Source: a virus. Taken from it: a stretch of 64,000 bases of DNA. The stretch is taken from positions 59,253-123,252 of IMG/VR virus record IMGVR_UViG_3300027798_000017. One strand, 5' to 3'. The translations under genes were made by a program, and so were the position numbers. Below the pieces are notes generated by a model that saw nothing but the letters and a program-made list of their open reading frames with translations, searched no databases and was not told the origin of the DNA. Positions 47,501-60,200 of the stretch are shown here, piece by piece (within the stretch, counting starts at the first letter, position 1; each line of letters starts with the position of its first letter).

Positions 47501-50500
47501 AATTTCAGGATCACTTGAAAGATACTCTGCACGTTGGTCATATAATTCACTTACTGCTTCATACCAATCAGCTGTTGGACGTGTTACTGTATTTAAACCA
47601 TACCATTTGTCAAGTTTTTCTTTGTCATCAGAGTAAAGCACCTTAGCATTTTTCTCCATAACCCTGAAAAAGTTATCATTGGTATCATACTCATACAACT
47701 CATCAAGTTTTTCCATGTACTCAGCATACTCAGGACTACGTTCCATTGCTTGTAAACGTAAATCTTTTAATGCAGCATCAAGTTCTTGAAGTCTGTCAAA
47801 ATCCATTTCTTCAAGTAAAACTTCATTACCTCTACCAACACTGTGTAAAATTACTTCTTGCTCAAGATATATCTTCTGCATTGCATCACGTATATCTTCA
47901 GGAAGCTTTAATTGTAAATTATAAAATTCATCAACATATGGTAGATTGGCATTATTCAACATCCACTCAATCATACCATTATTATGATTATCTCTCTCAG
48001 CTTTTTTATCGTTGTATTTTTGTTCTGCGTCTGCTTTTTCTGGTGTATTAAACTTCTCATTATACACAGCACGCAATTCATATACTTCTTTATTCAGTAT
48101 ACGTAGCTTTTGTTGGAATCCTTTGTATGTGTTTTCATACTCAGCACTGAAAGGTTTAATATAAGTAAGTATTTTTTTACTTGTTATCTCACCAGTTTTT
48201 GAATCATAAAAAGATACTTCACGCCATTCTGAAACTGCTTTATTCAAATCCTCAACAGAAAAACCTTTGTCAAGAAGTTGTCTACGTAATCTATCAAACT
48301 TTTGTAGTTTGGCATCATTCATTACATTGTATTCTGCTTGAGATTTAAAATCTTTGAGCATTGTTGTAAATGCAGAAATTGCCAAGTCAGAATTTGATGC
48401 TGAGGCAATAGCAGAATCCATCATCCAACCACCAAGTATTGTATCAGAACCAGCATAAGGATTTGGCATACCAGCATAAAAAGGTTGTGTATGATCAGTA
48501 ACCCCACTAATGTATTTCTCCATTGCTTCTTCTGAGAATTCAAATCCTTGAAGTAACATTTCAATTTGCATAATACGTTTTTCAACTCTTGATATTTCTG
48601 CAAGTACAATAGAGCCATTAGGACCCATTGCTTCTTTTACTTTTTCTCTAAAGTTTTTGTTTGTAAGACTAAAGAATTTAATTTTTGCTTGCTTGTATAA
48701 CCCAAGTTTAGGATTTGTTTTTAATTTTTCAGCTTCTTCATTTAAGCGTTCTAATTCTATTTCAAGTGCTTGGCGTTTTTGTTCATTTACTTTACCAAAT
48801 ACAGATTCACCTGGAGACATCATTACTGTAACAGCATTGGCCATACCAATTTTCTTCCAGTCTGATTGTATTTGTTCTGCATAGATTGTAAGTTGTGTCA
48901 ATCGTTGTCTCACAGGACTATCTACACCAATTTTGTTTTCTTCATTTTCTGCAGCCTCATTAACAATCTGATTCATTACTTCAATTACAGCGTCAAGTAC
49001 TACACTTTTATTAAATGCTTCACGTACCTTATCAAGATTACGTATTTTGTCATTTGGTGAACCAGTCATGTATGCATCAAGAGCCATTCTTGAAATTTTG
49101 CTCATTGTCTCCAAGTCTTGCTCCATAACATTAAGAGCATTAAAAAAGTTAGCGGAGTTTACAAGTGCATTTGGATTTGTAGTTTTAAGTTTGTCTACAA
49201 TTTTCTTAAAGTTATTCAGTGTATCTCTACGCGCAGCAAGAAGTTCTTCATACTTTTTATCGCGATTAGGTTTGTTTTTTGCTTCATTAATATCTTCATA
49301 AATCTTTGCAATTTGTCCATCAATAATGTCATCAAGAACTTTGACAAAATCTTTCATGTTTTTATCAGTAGGATTAATGTCAAATAATTCTTCTGGTGAT
49401 TTACTTTTTATTTCTTCTTCAGTAAATTCACCTGTTGGTATTTCAATAGCAGCTGCACGTTTTACTTTAAACACAACATCATTTGTTGAATCAACATTTG
49501 AGAACCAATAACCATCTGTAGTTAATCTTGCACTACGTGCTTGATCATAATACTCCTGATCTTCAAATACATGAAGTACACTAGCAACATATGAATTATC
49601 ATTTTCATCAATCTGATACATTAAAGATGATATAGTTTTATTTGCTACATCAATGCCTCCTTGTTTCAGGATGTTGTCATAAATATCTAACTGCATCATC
49701 CATACATCATATGTAGAACGCAAAGATATTTTTTGAAATTCTGTTGCTACGCCAGGTGTATTAGCAATTGGATACCTTTTGTTGGCTAGTTCTATGAGAG
49801 CCTTGTCAACTACAACTTCATTTTGTCCACTGAATGGATTTCGCTCAGTAAGATACTTAATCTTTTTAGTTTTAAAGTCATAGATATGAACACGTCCCAC
49901 TGAGTCAATCATCAAAATATCAAGACGCCCAATAACCTTACTACCAGAAAGAGATGTTCCAACAATTGTAACCTCTGGAAGTATCACATAACCACTAGCA
50001 TTTTTACTATTAACATGCTGTACTAATCCAAATGCCATCTCATACATCTCTTCTTTTGTAAGTTTCTGTATTTCAAATGGATTTTTTTTAGTGTATGCCT
50101 CATAAGCTTTTTCAAAAAACTCCTCATTGTAAATTTGAGCAATTGTTTTACCTGACTTCAGTGCCTCAACCTGTCCAATTTCAAGCAACTCATGCATAAA
50201 TGTACCAAACAGTTTGAATGCTTCATATTCTTTTGGATCACCTTTAAAGTCAGAAGAACCAATGAACTTGGATACACTTAACGTTTTTTCAATAGGGCTA
50301 CCATTTTTTGCTGCTTCAATGTTTGAGTTAAGAAAATCTTGATATAAATCATTCATCTCTATTAGTTTCTCTATAGTGGCACGTTGTGCAAGATTTGAAC
50401 GTAGTTTTACTGTTTCCAACATTGCTCGCTGCTGCACTGATCTGCTTAACTTAAACTGATCTGATGCAAGAGAAAGTTGTTCATCCTTATCCTGAATACG

Positions 50501-50647
50501 CAATTGTTTTAATAAATCTTTTGCTTTGTCAACAGATGGAATCTCATTATTATTTATAACAAACGCAGTCATTGCATCTGCTTCATTACCTAAAGCTATT
50601 AGTAAATCTTTCCAGGCTTGGTCATTTATATTTGGACATGCACTCAT
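44561..50647 (-). CDS. Giant virion cargo/ejection protein (2028 aa) with N-terminal PD-(D/E)xK-like domain and C-terminal hydrophobic helix
   Basis: GTFMHELLE...GRLDILMID..G.VHIYDFKT...QLDIY; C-terminal QGNY, FFFRKFL.P...RFG, AMALLTVISMLLLSFV. Confidence 0.85.
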   Translation of the reverse strand: MSACPNINDQAWKDLLIALGNEADAMTAFVINNNEIPSVDKAKDLLKQLRIQDKDEQLSLASDQFKLSRSVQQRAMLETVKLRSNLAQRATIEKLIEMNDLYQDFLNSNIEAAKNGSPIEKTLSVSKFIGSSDFKGDPKEYEAFKLFGTFMHELLEIGQVEALKSGKTIAQIYNEEFFEKAYEAYTKKNPFEIQKLTKEEMYEMAFGLVQHVNSKNASGYVILPEVTIVGTSLSGSKVIGRLDILMIDSVGRVHIYDFKTKKIKYLTERNPFSGQNEVVVDKALIELANKRYPIANTPGVATEFQKISLRSTYDVWMMQLDIYDNILKQGGIDVANKTISSLMYQIDENDNSYVASVLHVFEDQEYYDQARSARLTTDGYWFSNVDSTNDVVFKVKRAAAIEIPTGEFTEEEIKSKSPEELFDINPTDKNMKDFVKVLDDIIDGQIAKIYEDINEAKNKPNRDKKYEELLAARRDTLNNFKKIVDKLKTTNPNALVNSANFFNALNVMEQDLETMSKISRMALDAYMTGSPNDKIRNLDKVREAFNKSVVLDAVIEVMNQIVNEAAENEENKIGVDSPVRQRLTQLTIYAEQIQSDWKKIGMANAVTVMMSPGESVFGKVNEQKRQALEIELERLNEEAEKLKTNPKLGLYKQAKIKFFSLTNKNFREKVKEAMGPNGSIVLAEISRVEKRIMQIEMLLQGFEFSEEAMEKYISGVTDHTQPFYAGMPNPYAGSDTILGGWMMDSAIASASNSDLAISAFTTMLKDFKSQAEYNVMNDAKLQKFDRLRRQLLDKGFSVEDLNKAVSEWREVSFYDSKTGEITSKKILTYIKPFSAEYENTYKGFQQKLRILNKEVYELRAVYNEKFNTPEKADAEQKYNDKKAERDNHNNGMIEWMLNNANLPYVDEFYNLQLKLPEDIRDAMQKIYLEQEVILHSVGRGNEVLLEEMDFDRLQELDAALKDLRLQAMERSPEYAEYMEKLDELYEYDTNDNFFRVMEKNAKVLYSDDKEKLDKWYGLNTVTRPTADWYEAVSELYDQRAEYLSSDPEIKELFDRKKRIMAPYKNAGRFNPKYLTDEEVMELDSIEAEIEDIIEGKKGTPSTLTKDEKREVARITQEIRKLVSFEINPIYNKEFDTRYRILENAYTQIVLSQNNLTLARNKGVDADIQAAEDDVIFAVTRFGRVEGEFQTWFEKNHYNKYESITVKKDLRAYKVPKSFNFERLPSATVVDKYMEQVPNPKYYKVKRLRLGNWTLDDKRLSNAQIEELQEDPENIKALHVSGRLNMKPGAYNPNFIKGPEGVPLPKEIKVDSDGHYYIDPKAGPSKNISDKYLQLLNNKEQFDFYNSMMDIYFDLQKKIEGRKIGYQVPGFASSLIEGIANESFGKGFSKQYKSFVDKHFKAMGQQDMSENIYGDISSRIRMRFSNQLGEEIQSSDAIGSFMKWTTEAHMNISMQEVAPVSKGFIEFMKLQRNQLAKDRLKGEIYVTDEKTGEKTKIDIEKKLAEIDNLLKIVEFENKKFLYGITENTTDAGRATKKVIDGFFKYTSFIRIGFDIANQTKNYTSGNVQAFLAAGGSDSAHYSKKDWLFAKGKVYGYSGFLSNYLKDWGRISDLSETTMLYRMMNPAQKDIIKYFQDSSGSKGRRLAEKLTSIGDLGYMLQDKGDTEIAVTVMYAIMNNYKFEQIESIDPITGDKIFKRDAKGEIVMVSSHEAYIKDVDGNLVIRNDVNYTKEDEKRIRNIIYSEMRRAQGNYASADQTEFESRVLGKMVFFFRKFLVPQFLNRFGYLRPNWEGSEVSIGYWRAFGRAMKLFGVGNTMKEFLVGSDTLSKMGLSGGVKTYVIKDPKTGTVVKTVDAGDFYSKRVHHARRDAIAMALLTVISMLLLSFVRRRDDDDEELSILEGNAIRVIWGTKAETVSMFPVGEGSQEYVKNFTTAIPFVREFSATIKMLNHGLKYGMAMTMNGGEEPDPNYDSELYQEVWKDAFYSRKSGAYEKGDAKFGKDFVDLTGLKNFRDILDPNYKIDVLKRNQ

Positions 50648-50648
50648 C

Positions 50649-51236
50649 TTATAAACATTTTATTTTTTCAAGTATCTCATCATTAGTGTAGTTCATGCCA
50701 CGTAAGTTTGTTGCTAAGTCTTTAGCAGCTTGTGCAAACTTATCAATACGCATTCTTTTACTACCATCACTATAAAGATACTCAATTACTGCTGGAGTTA
50801 GTTCTAGGTTTGCCATATCTTCATACATATCATAAAGAGGATTACTAGATTCTTCATTGTCAAAAAGATAATCATCATCATACTCTATACCTGCACGCTC
50901 AGCATCAGCACGTTGTATTGCGCGTGCCTCTTGTTCAGTAACAGCTTTCAAGTATTCATTGTAATAAACAGTGACAATATCCTGAGATGGATTAAAAACA
51001 ATCTCTTGACCATTGCTCATCTCATTACGATATGCGATATTACCCTTAAAATCTTTATTAGTTTTATTGACTATACTTTCAGCAACCTTGTAAACTTGTG
51101 ATTTGCCACTAGGAAATGCCTCATTAGAAATAAACAATCTATCAAAAGAAGTCTGTTGAACATTCTTTGAAACATGTGGTGCAATTGCTTTTTTTGTAAT
51201 TGCTTTTTTAATATCTGTTCTACATTTTAGTGCCAT
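50649..51236 (-). CDS. Small cargo-locus protein (195 aa), MALKC...KIKCL
   Basis: Fills the gap between the two giant genes with 2-nt and 1-nt spacers. Confidence 0.8.
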   Translation of the reverse strand: MALKCRTDIKKAITKKAIAPHVSKNVQQTSFDRLFISNEAFPSGKSQVYKVAESIVNKTNKDFKGNIAYRNEMSNGQEIVFNPSQDIVTVYYNEYLKAVTEQEARAIQRADAERAGIEYDDDYLFDNEESSNPLYDMYEDMANLELTPAVIEYLYSDGSKRMRIDKFAQAAKDLATNLRGMNYTNDEILEKIKCL

Positions 51237-51238
51237 AC

Positions 51239-54200
51239 CTAACAATTATTTTCGTCTGTTGGATCAATGCTTGGTCTATTAGTTGGTTTAATAATGGTTT
51301 TATTTTGACCAGCAAGACCTAGAATTGCCTTTCTGTTTCCATCATTCTCACCCCACATCATCTTTTTATTAGTTGTCAAAGATATGATAGTATTTTTAGA
51401 TGTTACTATATATTCAGAATCTTTATACTCAATAATTTTTGCAATCATTTCAAGAGTCTTCATATTTGTTTCTGCTACTGATATTTTAGCTTTAGCACCT
51501 TCAAGTAGTGGATTATATATTTGCCATGTCCCATCTTCATTTTGCTTAGTGACAATATAAGTTTCACCATTATATTTTACATACCTACCTCGTTGTAACT
51601 TTGGAACCTCAGAAACATTTGATGTACCTTCGCCCATTACATTTTTAAGTAGCTGATCTAAAAGATCATTGCCAAATTCAATCTGAGATTTTGAAGCACC
51701 TTTCTCAGAAGATATTCCATCTACTATATCACCTGCATTTTTTTCTAATTGGTCTTTAGAAGGATCTTGTTCTATAATTACATTTTCAGTAGGGTCTTTT
51801 AAATCGTCAGGTATTTTAACATTTTCATTTACTGTTGTACTAATTTTTTCATCTTTCTTAGCAGTATCAATAATGTTAGTGTTAAATACAATTGCTTCTT
51901 TCTTATCAATGTAACGTTTGTATGCATTTGCATTTTCTGTTGTAAATGCTATTGGACTAAGAGCTTCTGACGCATATTGATCAGGTATCACTGAATACTT
52001 AGCGTAAGTCCCAACGTTTGTCAATGTTGTTTTGCCAACAATAGAATCATAAAGATTTGAGCCAATTGATTTTCCACCAGCAGCGTTACCATCAACTCCT
52101 TGTAGAACAAATGTTTTTATACCAATTCTTAGTATACTTGGGAATACATACTCAGATGAATCAGGTTCACTCATATCTTTTACAACACCAAACATTTTAC
52201 CTAATGTCACATTTGCTTTTTCATTCTTATTTGACAATCTTATTGTAAACTCGTCAGTAAGCGCATCTGCAATGTTTATAACATCAGTTTTTGCCAAATC
52301 AATACTTTCTGGAAGTTGCAAATCTAATGCGTCAAGTGTAAAGTTTATTGCTTTCACTTTGGCAGTTGTCAAACTTTCTGAATCAGGAGTTACAGATTGA
52401 TCTAAAAACGCTTTTACCAATGGTTTTGAGAACTGTGGTTTTTTAAAGTTTACTGAAAATACTACAGAACGCGTGTTCATTTTACCATCCTTACCTTTGT
52501 TTTTAAACTTAGGTATCTTTTGATTGTTATTTTCTGAAGACGCAGCATATGCAAGTTGAGTAAACATCTCATCAAAGAATGTTACTACACCAGTATCTGT
52601 TGTCTCACCAGTGTATGCTTTAATAAAGTTCTCAAAAGCTTCTTCAAAATTTGGACTAGTGGTTACATTTTGAATACCATCTATGAATTCCTGAATATAA
52701 CCAGACAATGGAATCAATAACTCTGCTGGCATAAGTCCTATGAAAGAACCTTCTTTATGTTGAAGACCTGTTCTTACCACATCATGATAAAATAAGTTTT
52801 TAATAAACTGTCGTTCTTCTACCATGCCACTGTTATACAACTGAGCAATAGCATCAGCTACCTTTCCTGCATAGTCACCTTTTACTTTAGCTTTACTTAT
52901 CATAGATATGAATCTTTCATTGATACCTTGATAAGATTTACCATTATAAATTACTGTTGCTGTATTTTTTGAATCTGCAGAACGTAATAATTTTAGAAAC
53001 TCATTCTTAGGATACTTTTCTCTGAATTTTTCTACTTGTGCAAATAGGTCATTTGTAAACCAATACTCAGGTGAGAATGTTTTTAAAATCATTTCATCAT
53101 CCTTATCATATATTGACTGTACATATTCATTATCAGAAGTTCTTGACGCAGGAAACGTCATCTTGAACTTGTTAAGTGACAAGAAACTTGTCAAAGTATT
53201 TGCAACAGTTTTTGGATCTTCAAAATATCCTTTAAATGCATTAGTAATTGGTTTAAAGAAAGGTGTTCTTTCTAAGAATATTTTTGAAAATTGCTCATTG
53301 GCATCGTCAAGTGCATCTTTTAAAATAGACCATACTTGATCATCTTCAAACAACTTAGCAGCTGACTCTTTCGTAAAGAGTTTTTCATCTTCAATAAGCT
53401 CAGTTATATTATCACGCATTTTGTCAAATGCTACAAGACTTGGATTCAAACGCTTGAATAAATTTGTTATACTAGCAGCTCTATTAATAGCCCATGTTTG
53501 TTGTGCTTGTTTTGCATAGAATGTAAGAAGAACCATTTTCATCTCAGCCTCAGTAAGCATCTCATTAGTTTTGTCATAAACCATTTCAAAACCAATTGAT
53601 GATGGCGTAAGTTCATTATTCTTGAGAGCGTAAATATTTAATTTTTGTGCTTCAAATCCAATTCGCACTGCCAATGGGTCATCCATAACAGCAAAATCTT
53701 TAAATGACTTGCTTGTAAAGAATCCTGCAGACTTTAATTTATTAAATGCATCTTCATTTTCTTCAATTAAATCTGAAAGTTGATTTTTAATAGCCTGATT
53801 ATAAAATAAATAATCTTGTTCTAAGTCTTCTGATAATGCAAATTGAGATTGCTGAACTGCTAATGCAGCTTTACGCACTTCAGGTAAGAAGTTAAAGGCT
53901 ACTGCAAAGTCTGGATCTAACCCTACACCTATCATTGCTAGTGTTGTACTAGCATTTATCTCATTCATTTGAAGAGCTGATGGTATTGGGTCCTTAGCAC
54001 CATCTGCAAACATACCAAGTATGTTACCAATGATTGCAATAACTCTGTCTTCATTTTCATTAAGCTGGCCAAACGTATCTTTAAGAACAATGCTTTTGTC
54101 TAGTTTTTGATATGCCCAAACTATCCCTTTGTCAGAAAGTTTTAAATTATATTGACTTGCTAGAGATAAAAACTTATTCATTACAGCAGTACGTCCAATA

Positions 54201-57200
54201 CCATCCTTATTCATGTTGTTTTCTACCTTTGACTCAATCATGCTGGTAGGAGTAAACAAGTTAGATTTTTTAGATATTGTTTTTAAATCAATACCAAATC
54301 TTTCAAGTATATCTTTAAACTCTTGAGTAGATGAGCGTTGGTTTATGTACAAATACTTAAACACAGCTTCATTACCAAGAATCTTTATACTTGCAGCAAG
54401 ATTTTGATTCTGAAATTTAGGTGATACCATTTCTGAGAAAGCAGGTCTTGCATTGAATTGAGAAACATTACTTGGCATATTAAACTTAGCAAGCACATCC
54501 ATAATTGACTGATACTCAAACATTGTATCAATGTATCGCATTTTTTCTTTTAAGACTCTTTGCTCGTCAACAGATTGTTTTCTAATTGCTTTTAAATCAC
54601 CAAGTTCTCTACCATACGCATTTCTTGTTTTTGCAAGCTCTCTATTTTCTGGATTTTGTTCAGCTAATTCTTTTGCATTGACATAAAAATCTTTTGATTC
54701 TTTAGTCAACTCAAACATGTAACTTGTAAAATCTTTTTGGTCTGTGTATTTTGACTTTACAATTTTCTGGTCAAAATGTTCTGTCAAATCTTCAATTGTA
54801 AATCCTAGATTTTCAATAATTTCAAACAGCGCACCACCCATTGGCATTTCAATTGTGCCTTGCTCTATTAGTTCTTTTTTGCGTTGTTTAATCAAAGGAC
54901 CAATGTCTTCATGTTTTGACATGTAATGCATAAACTCAATAAACTGACCTGTATCTATGTCTTTATATTGACTATAATCTCCATACAAGTTATAGTTACC
55001 TTTTCCATTTTTGTAATATGACATCATTCTTCCAAACAAGGAGTCAATATCAAAGTCAGAACCTGATAATAGATGCACAAAATGTGGCACAATAATGTTA
55101 TTCATTTTAGATGAATCAACATAATCAACAACTTTAATTACTATCATAGAACGCTTGTCCTCAGTAGGTATACGAGTAGCAAACATTTTGGTTAGATTTT
55201 GTTTATAGAATGCTTCTTGTTGTTGATTTTCAAAGAATGGTTTTGGTATTATAGCTTCAACAAAATAAATCTTACTACCATCTGCTTGTGTTTCAATACT
55301 AACACCCAAAGGCCTTGAACGTAACTTTCTATCTTTAAAAGCTTCTGGATTAGCAGCATACTCTTCTGTTGTAATAACCTGATTTGTGGCAGGGTCAACT
55401 AGTACATTGTAACCAAATGAACTTTCATGGAAGTTTTTAAATCCAGATACTTTCTCATCAGTCACATTTTTACTGTACTGAGCAATCATATAATACTCAA
55501 GTGTAGTTCTTATCAAACTCAAATTAGGGCTGAATACTGGTTTGCCATCTGGTTTAACAGCAAACATGTCCAGGATATTTTTAGGAGCACTCTGCAACTG
55601 AAGGCTTTCACGTATCATTGTAAATATTTTACCCAGCTCAAAGTCATCACCTTTTCTGAGAACTTCAGTAAAGTATAATAATCTAGCTTTTGTAGATTTA
55701 CGCAATGAAAGTTGATAGTCATTAAGAGAACGTTTTACATTTTCTATTGAAAGAATATCATCTTCAGTCAAAATATCTCCAGCTTTTCTAGCTTCTATTT
55801 CTATAACCTCTCTAAATTGATCTTCAGCAATATTTGCTGGTAACAACATCTTAGCTTGTACAGAATGTTTTGCTTTGTCTTTGACTCCACTTGTTTCTAC
55901 CTGTAGATATTTAGCACTATTAGGAACATCCAATGCTGCCATTCTAAAATTAATGTATCCACTTTCTGTTCTTTCTGCTTTCATTACATCAAGTGGTAAC
56001 AGTGTAGCATTTTTAGAAGATGTGGTATCCATCAACTGATCAATTTGAAATATTTCCATTGAACTTAAAATGTCATGTAGTATTTTACGATGAGGCATTG
56101 GTTCATAATATTCATGAATTGATTTGTAAACATTTTCAATTTCAGTATTTATTCTTGCTGTTTCATTAATTGTATCAGCTTCTGTTGAAGCTAGCTCACG
56201 ATCTTTACGTAAGTCATATGCTTGCATGTATAATCCATGAAGTTCATCATATACTCGTGCAGTTGCATCAGCTACAGATTCATCTGTATTTGGTTTAATT
56301 ATAAGAGTACTTACATCTGTTCTATCAATGTATCCTTCAGATAATTTGTGATAAATGTTTCTATCTGCTGTAATTGTCTTCTTAGCATTGTTCACAATCT
56401 TCATTGACTCAAGATATTTTGTCTCTTGCTCTGTCAATGCTCTATAATGTTTAGCAATTAAAATATACATGCCACGTTCATCTAGTCTTCCTAGAGTATC
56501 ATGCATATCCATTTGATGCATTAATGTTGAAATACTTTGACCATCAAACACCTCACGCATCATGTCAGCCCATTTGACAGTGCTACCATTGATACTTTCT
56601 TTTACACCATCAATTGCTTTCTCATAACCTTCAAGAAGTTGCTCACGTACTAATTCACTAGGAATAGTAAAATCAGAAATGATTTCTCCACTAGAATAAT
56701 AAGGACCATACTGTGGCATTTGCTCATGTATAAATCCAGTAATTGTATTCATGTATGCAACTCTATGTGTTCCATCTTTCATGTTGGAACCAGATGCAAC
56801 AATCTTTTTCAAACGTTTTACATAGTCCTGAGCATTCTTAACATTCAAAGCCATGTCACCATCCATCAACTGATTTAAGTGCAAACTGTTTCTCCAATTA
56901 CCCATGAACATATCAAAAAGTAAATTCTCTATTGGATCTAATGCACTATCTGCTTTTGCACCATATGGTTGATTGTATGCGTCACTGATTTTTGTTTTGT
57001 CAGAAGCTGCATAACCTTGACTAATAGTCTTTGGTAGCATATCTGAAGTGTAATATTGAGTAGGAAACTTAACTTTTGCACCTGGTCTTGGATCAACTAT
57101 TTCTTTACCAACAGGTATCGAAACTTTTGTAATTGCACCAAGTTTTTCAAGAGTATCAAGATATGCTTGAAATTCTTTCCTTGCATATTCATCAAGTGCC

Positions 57201-60200
57201 TCAAGTAAATCTTTAGGATCTATTTCATTAAATGGTACTTGATTTTTTGCAAGATCAATTAAATCTTCATTTAATGAAGCATTTTCATCATTCTCAAAAA
57301 AGTCACTTAGAATATTAAATTTGTATGCTCTCAAGTCTTTGCTGTCTACATTAATAGTAACACCATCGTCTTCTAGTACAGCATTATATTTATTTACAAG
57401 TTCATTACTTTTACCACTTTCATAATCACGTTTTAGATCAAGTCTGCGTGCCCATTCACGTGACATTCTGTTATACTCCTGACCAACAATACCAACAAGA
57501 TCTTCTACAATTTTTAAATGTTTACCTTGATATAGTATTTGACCTCTATCATTTGTTTCCTTTTTATCTTTTGATGTAAAAGGTTCATATAATGCAGATA
57601 TCAAAAAGTTTGTAGATGTTGCTTCTAATTGATGAAAAGATCTAAAGTAAGTTGTTACTTCTGTACCAGCTTTATTAGCAGTTGTTTTTCTATCCATGAA
57701 AGCAAGAATCTGCAACATGTGCAATGATCTTTCATCTACTGATTTAAACGTTTGTCCTTTTTTAGCTACATCCCCAATACGTTGTTGAACACCACCAAAC
57801 ATTGCAACTGTAAAGTTTTGCAAAAATAAGTTTATTTTTTCTGTGTCCTTGTTGACTTCGCCTTTTAGTAAGCCACCAAGTAAAACATTATCTTCCAAAA
57901 ATGTTCTAAGCGTGTTCTCATAGTAAGGATCATCTGCTAGTGCTTCTTCTAAAGTCATTGTTTGCAAACGCTGACCAAGCATGATTAATGGATTGTATTT
58001 TGCAAAACGAAATATTGATTTTCCTTCTGCATTCTTAATTACACTAGGAATATCTGTTGGATCATATTTAACAGCATACGCAGATGCTTTTTTCAAAATA
58101 ACAAGCAAACGTTTTGCATCTTTATTTTTTGTTTTGTCATCGTCCAGTATATTTCTAATACGTGAGTTTGGTGCTCCTGATTCCAAGTATGCAGAATCAA
58201 GTATAGCTACTAAACTTCTGAAAAAATCTTTCTCAAGATACTGTTGCTGTTTTACAAAGCTTTCGTTTATATCATAAAACTTTTGTATTTTTAAATCTAC
58301 ATCATTTGTTACTTTGTTTTCTTCAGCATTCATTGCCAAAATGGAAAGCTCAACTAATGATCTAGGAACAGTCATTCCAATTGTTGTCAACGCATTGTGA
58401 ACTTGATTTGTCAATTGCTCTAACTTGAGTGTTTGACCAAATTGACTTGACAATATATCTGGAGTACTCATGAATGTAGTACCAAAAGTTTTTAAGAATT
58501 GTACTGCATCTTTAAACTCCTGAGTTGATGCTTCAGTAGAATGTTTTTTAATGAAGTTAGCTACTATGTCATTACGTTTTTTTGTAATGTCAGCATCCAT
58601 AACTTTATCAAACATCCTAAATGTAACATCTTTTTCTTGAAGTGCACTTTCAATATTACCACCTTGCACTTCATCTATTACAACTTTCTTAGGTGATGCT
58701 ACATTAAACATTACATAGTTTAGTTCTACGCCATGTAGCACTTCAGTAATCAAATTTAAAAGTTGCTTGTTTGTTTGTGCAACACCTTGAGAATCAGCTT
58801 TTGTTCTTGTCTGAATCTCATCATAAATTATTTTTAAATCTTTACCTACTGCTTCAAATCCATCTTTAATCATCTGCTCAGACATAATACCAATCGTATC
58901 AATGATATTTTTTGGCTGTACGCTTGCTGTAATTTTTAGTAATGTTGGAAATAAAACTTGACCATCAATCATACGTGGAAAGTTGACACCTGTTTCAGCA
59001 TCAAACTCATCACTTCTTAATGTTGAAAAGAATCTTCTTATTTGAGAAACATATGAATCCATTCTGTTTTGCTCACCCATTCCTGAATCAAAATCATTGT
59101 TCTCAACTTCTTCTTTTGCAGAAACTCTTTCGTCATCTTGTACTTCATTTGCATTTTCACCAGTAAATGTATTTTCTATTTCATCAGTGTCAAGTGTAAA
59201 CTCATCATTATCGCGTTGTATTTTAACAGAGTTTGCTTTATCATATTTATCTTTGGTAAGTCTAGACAAAACTTCAAATGAATATTGACCCATTGTATTG
59301 TCTATGGTTTCACCATTGATAAGACTTTCACCATTCTTTTCTGATTTATTATCAAATTTAATGTCACCTGTAAGATTGATATCATTTACATTTAAACCTT
59401 TCATTCTACCTCCAAGTATAAACCTGTAAGTAGATATTATTTGACTATACTTTTGTTCTATTAAATCACGCTTTTCAGGATTTTGAGCAACAAGTTTTTC
59501 CATGCTGTATACTTCATTTAGCACTTTGTCAACAGCACGTTGGAATCTTATATCAAATGTGTCTGATTGAACATTATCCTGAAACATTACACCAACCACC
59601 ATATTAATCAACTGATCCTGTTCTCCTGGTGATAGTACAGACTTTGCTCTTGCAACATTACCTTCCTCATTCAAATAGAATTGTTTAAGTCCTGGTATAA
59701 GCTCATACGCAACTTGCCCATTGTATATGTTTGACTTGATTGATGCTGTTTTGTAGTATCCACGTTTTACGCGACCATACACATAATCAATTTCATTCTT
59801 ATTTCTGACAAAGAAGTTAATTAATTTTTTCAACATGTCAAAGAATTTCTGCATTGCTGTTTTAGGAGCTGTCTTTCTTTCTTTGCCCATGTAGTTTTGA
59901 AAACCATCTGCAAGTATCTCTTCAGCAATAAGTTCTACAAGCGTGTCGTAATTTGTAACAGACATGTTTCTAACTCTTGCAAACTCCTTAACATTTTCTG
60001 CTGAAAACTTAGCAGAATGTTTTGGATCATCCATTACCTGTTTGATCAAAGCTTTACGCTCATTCTCAGAAAGAAGATATCTAAACACACCGTGGAATGC
60101 CTCATGAAAAACAGTTCCTTTTGCTGTAACAACATCATTAAGATATATTACTTTGTCCTTAAACATACCTAGTACTGTGCCATCAATACGTGCAAGATTA

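Noticed and set aside
51228-51245. TAG readthrough fusing vRNAP to the next gene
   Set aside because: Readthrough gives GTA TGG CAC TAA, and the next gene is in a different frame
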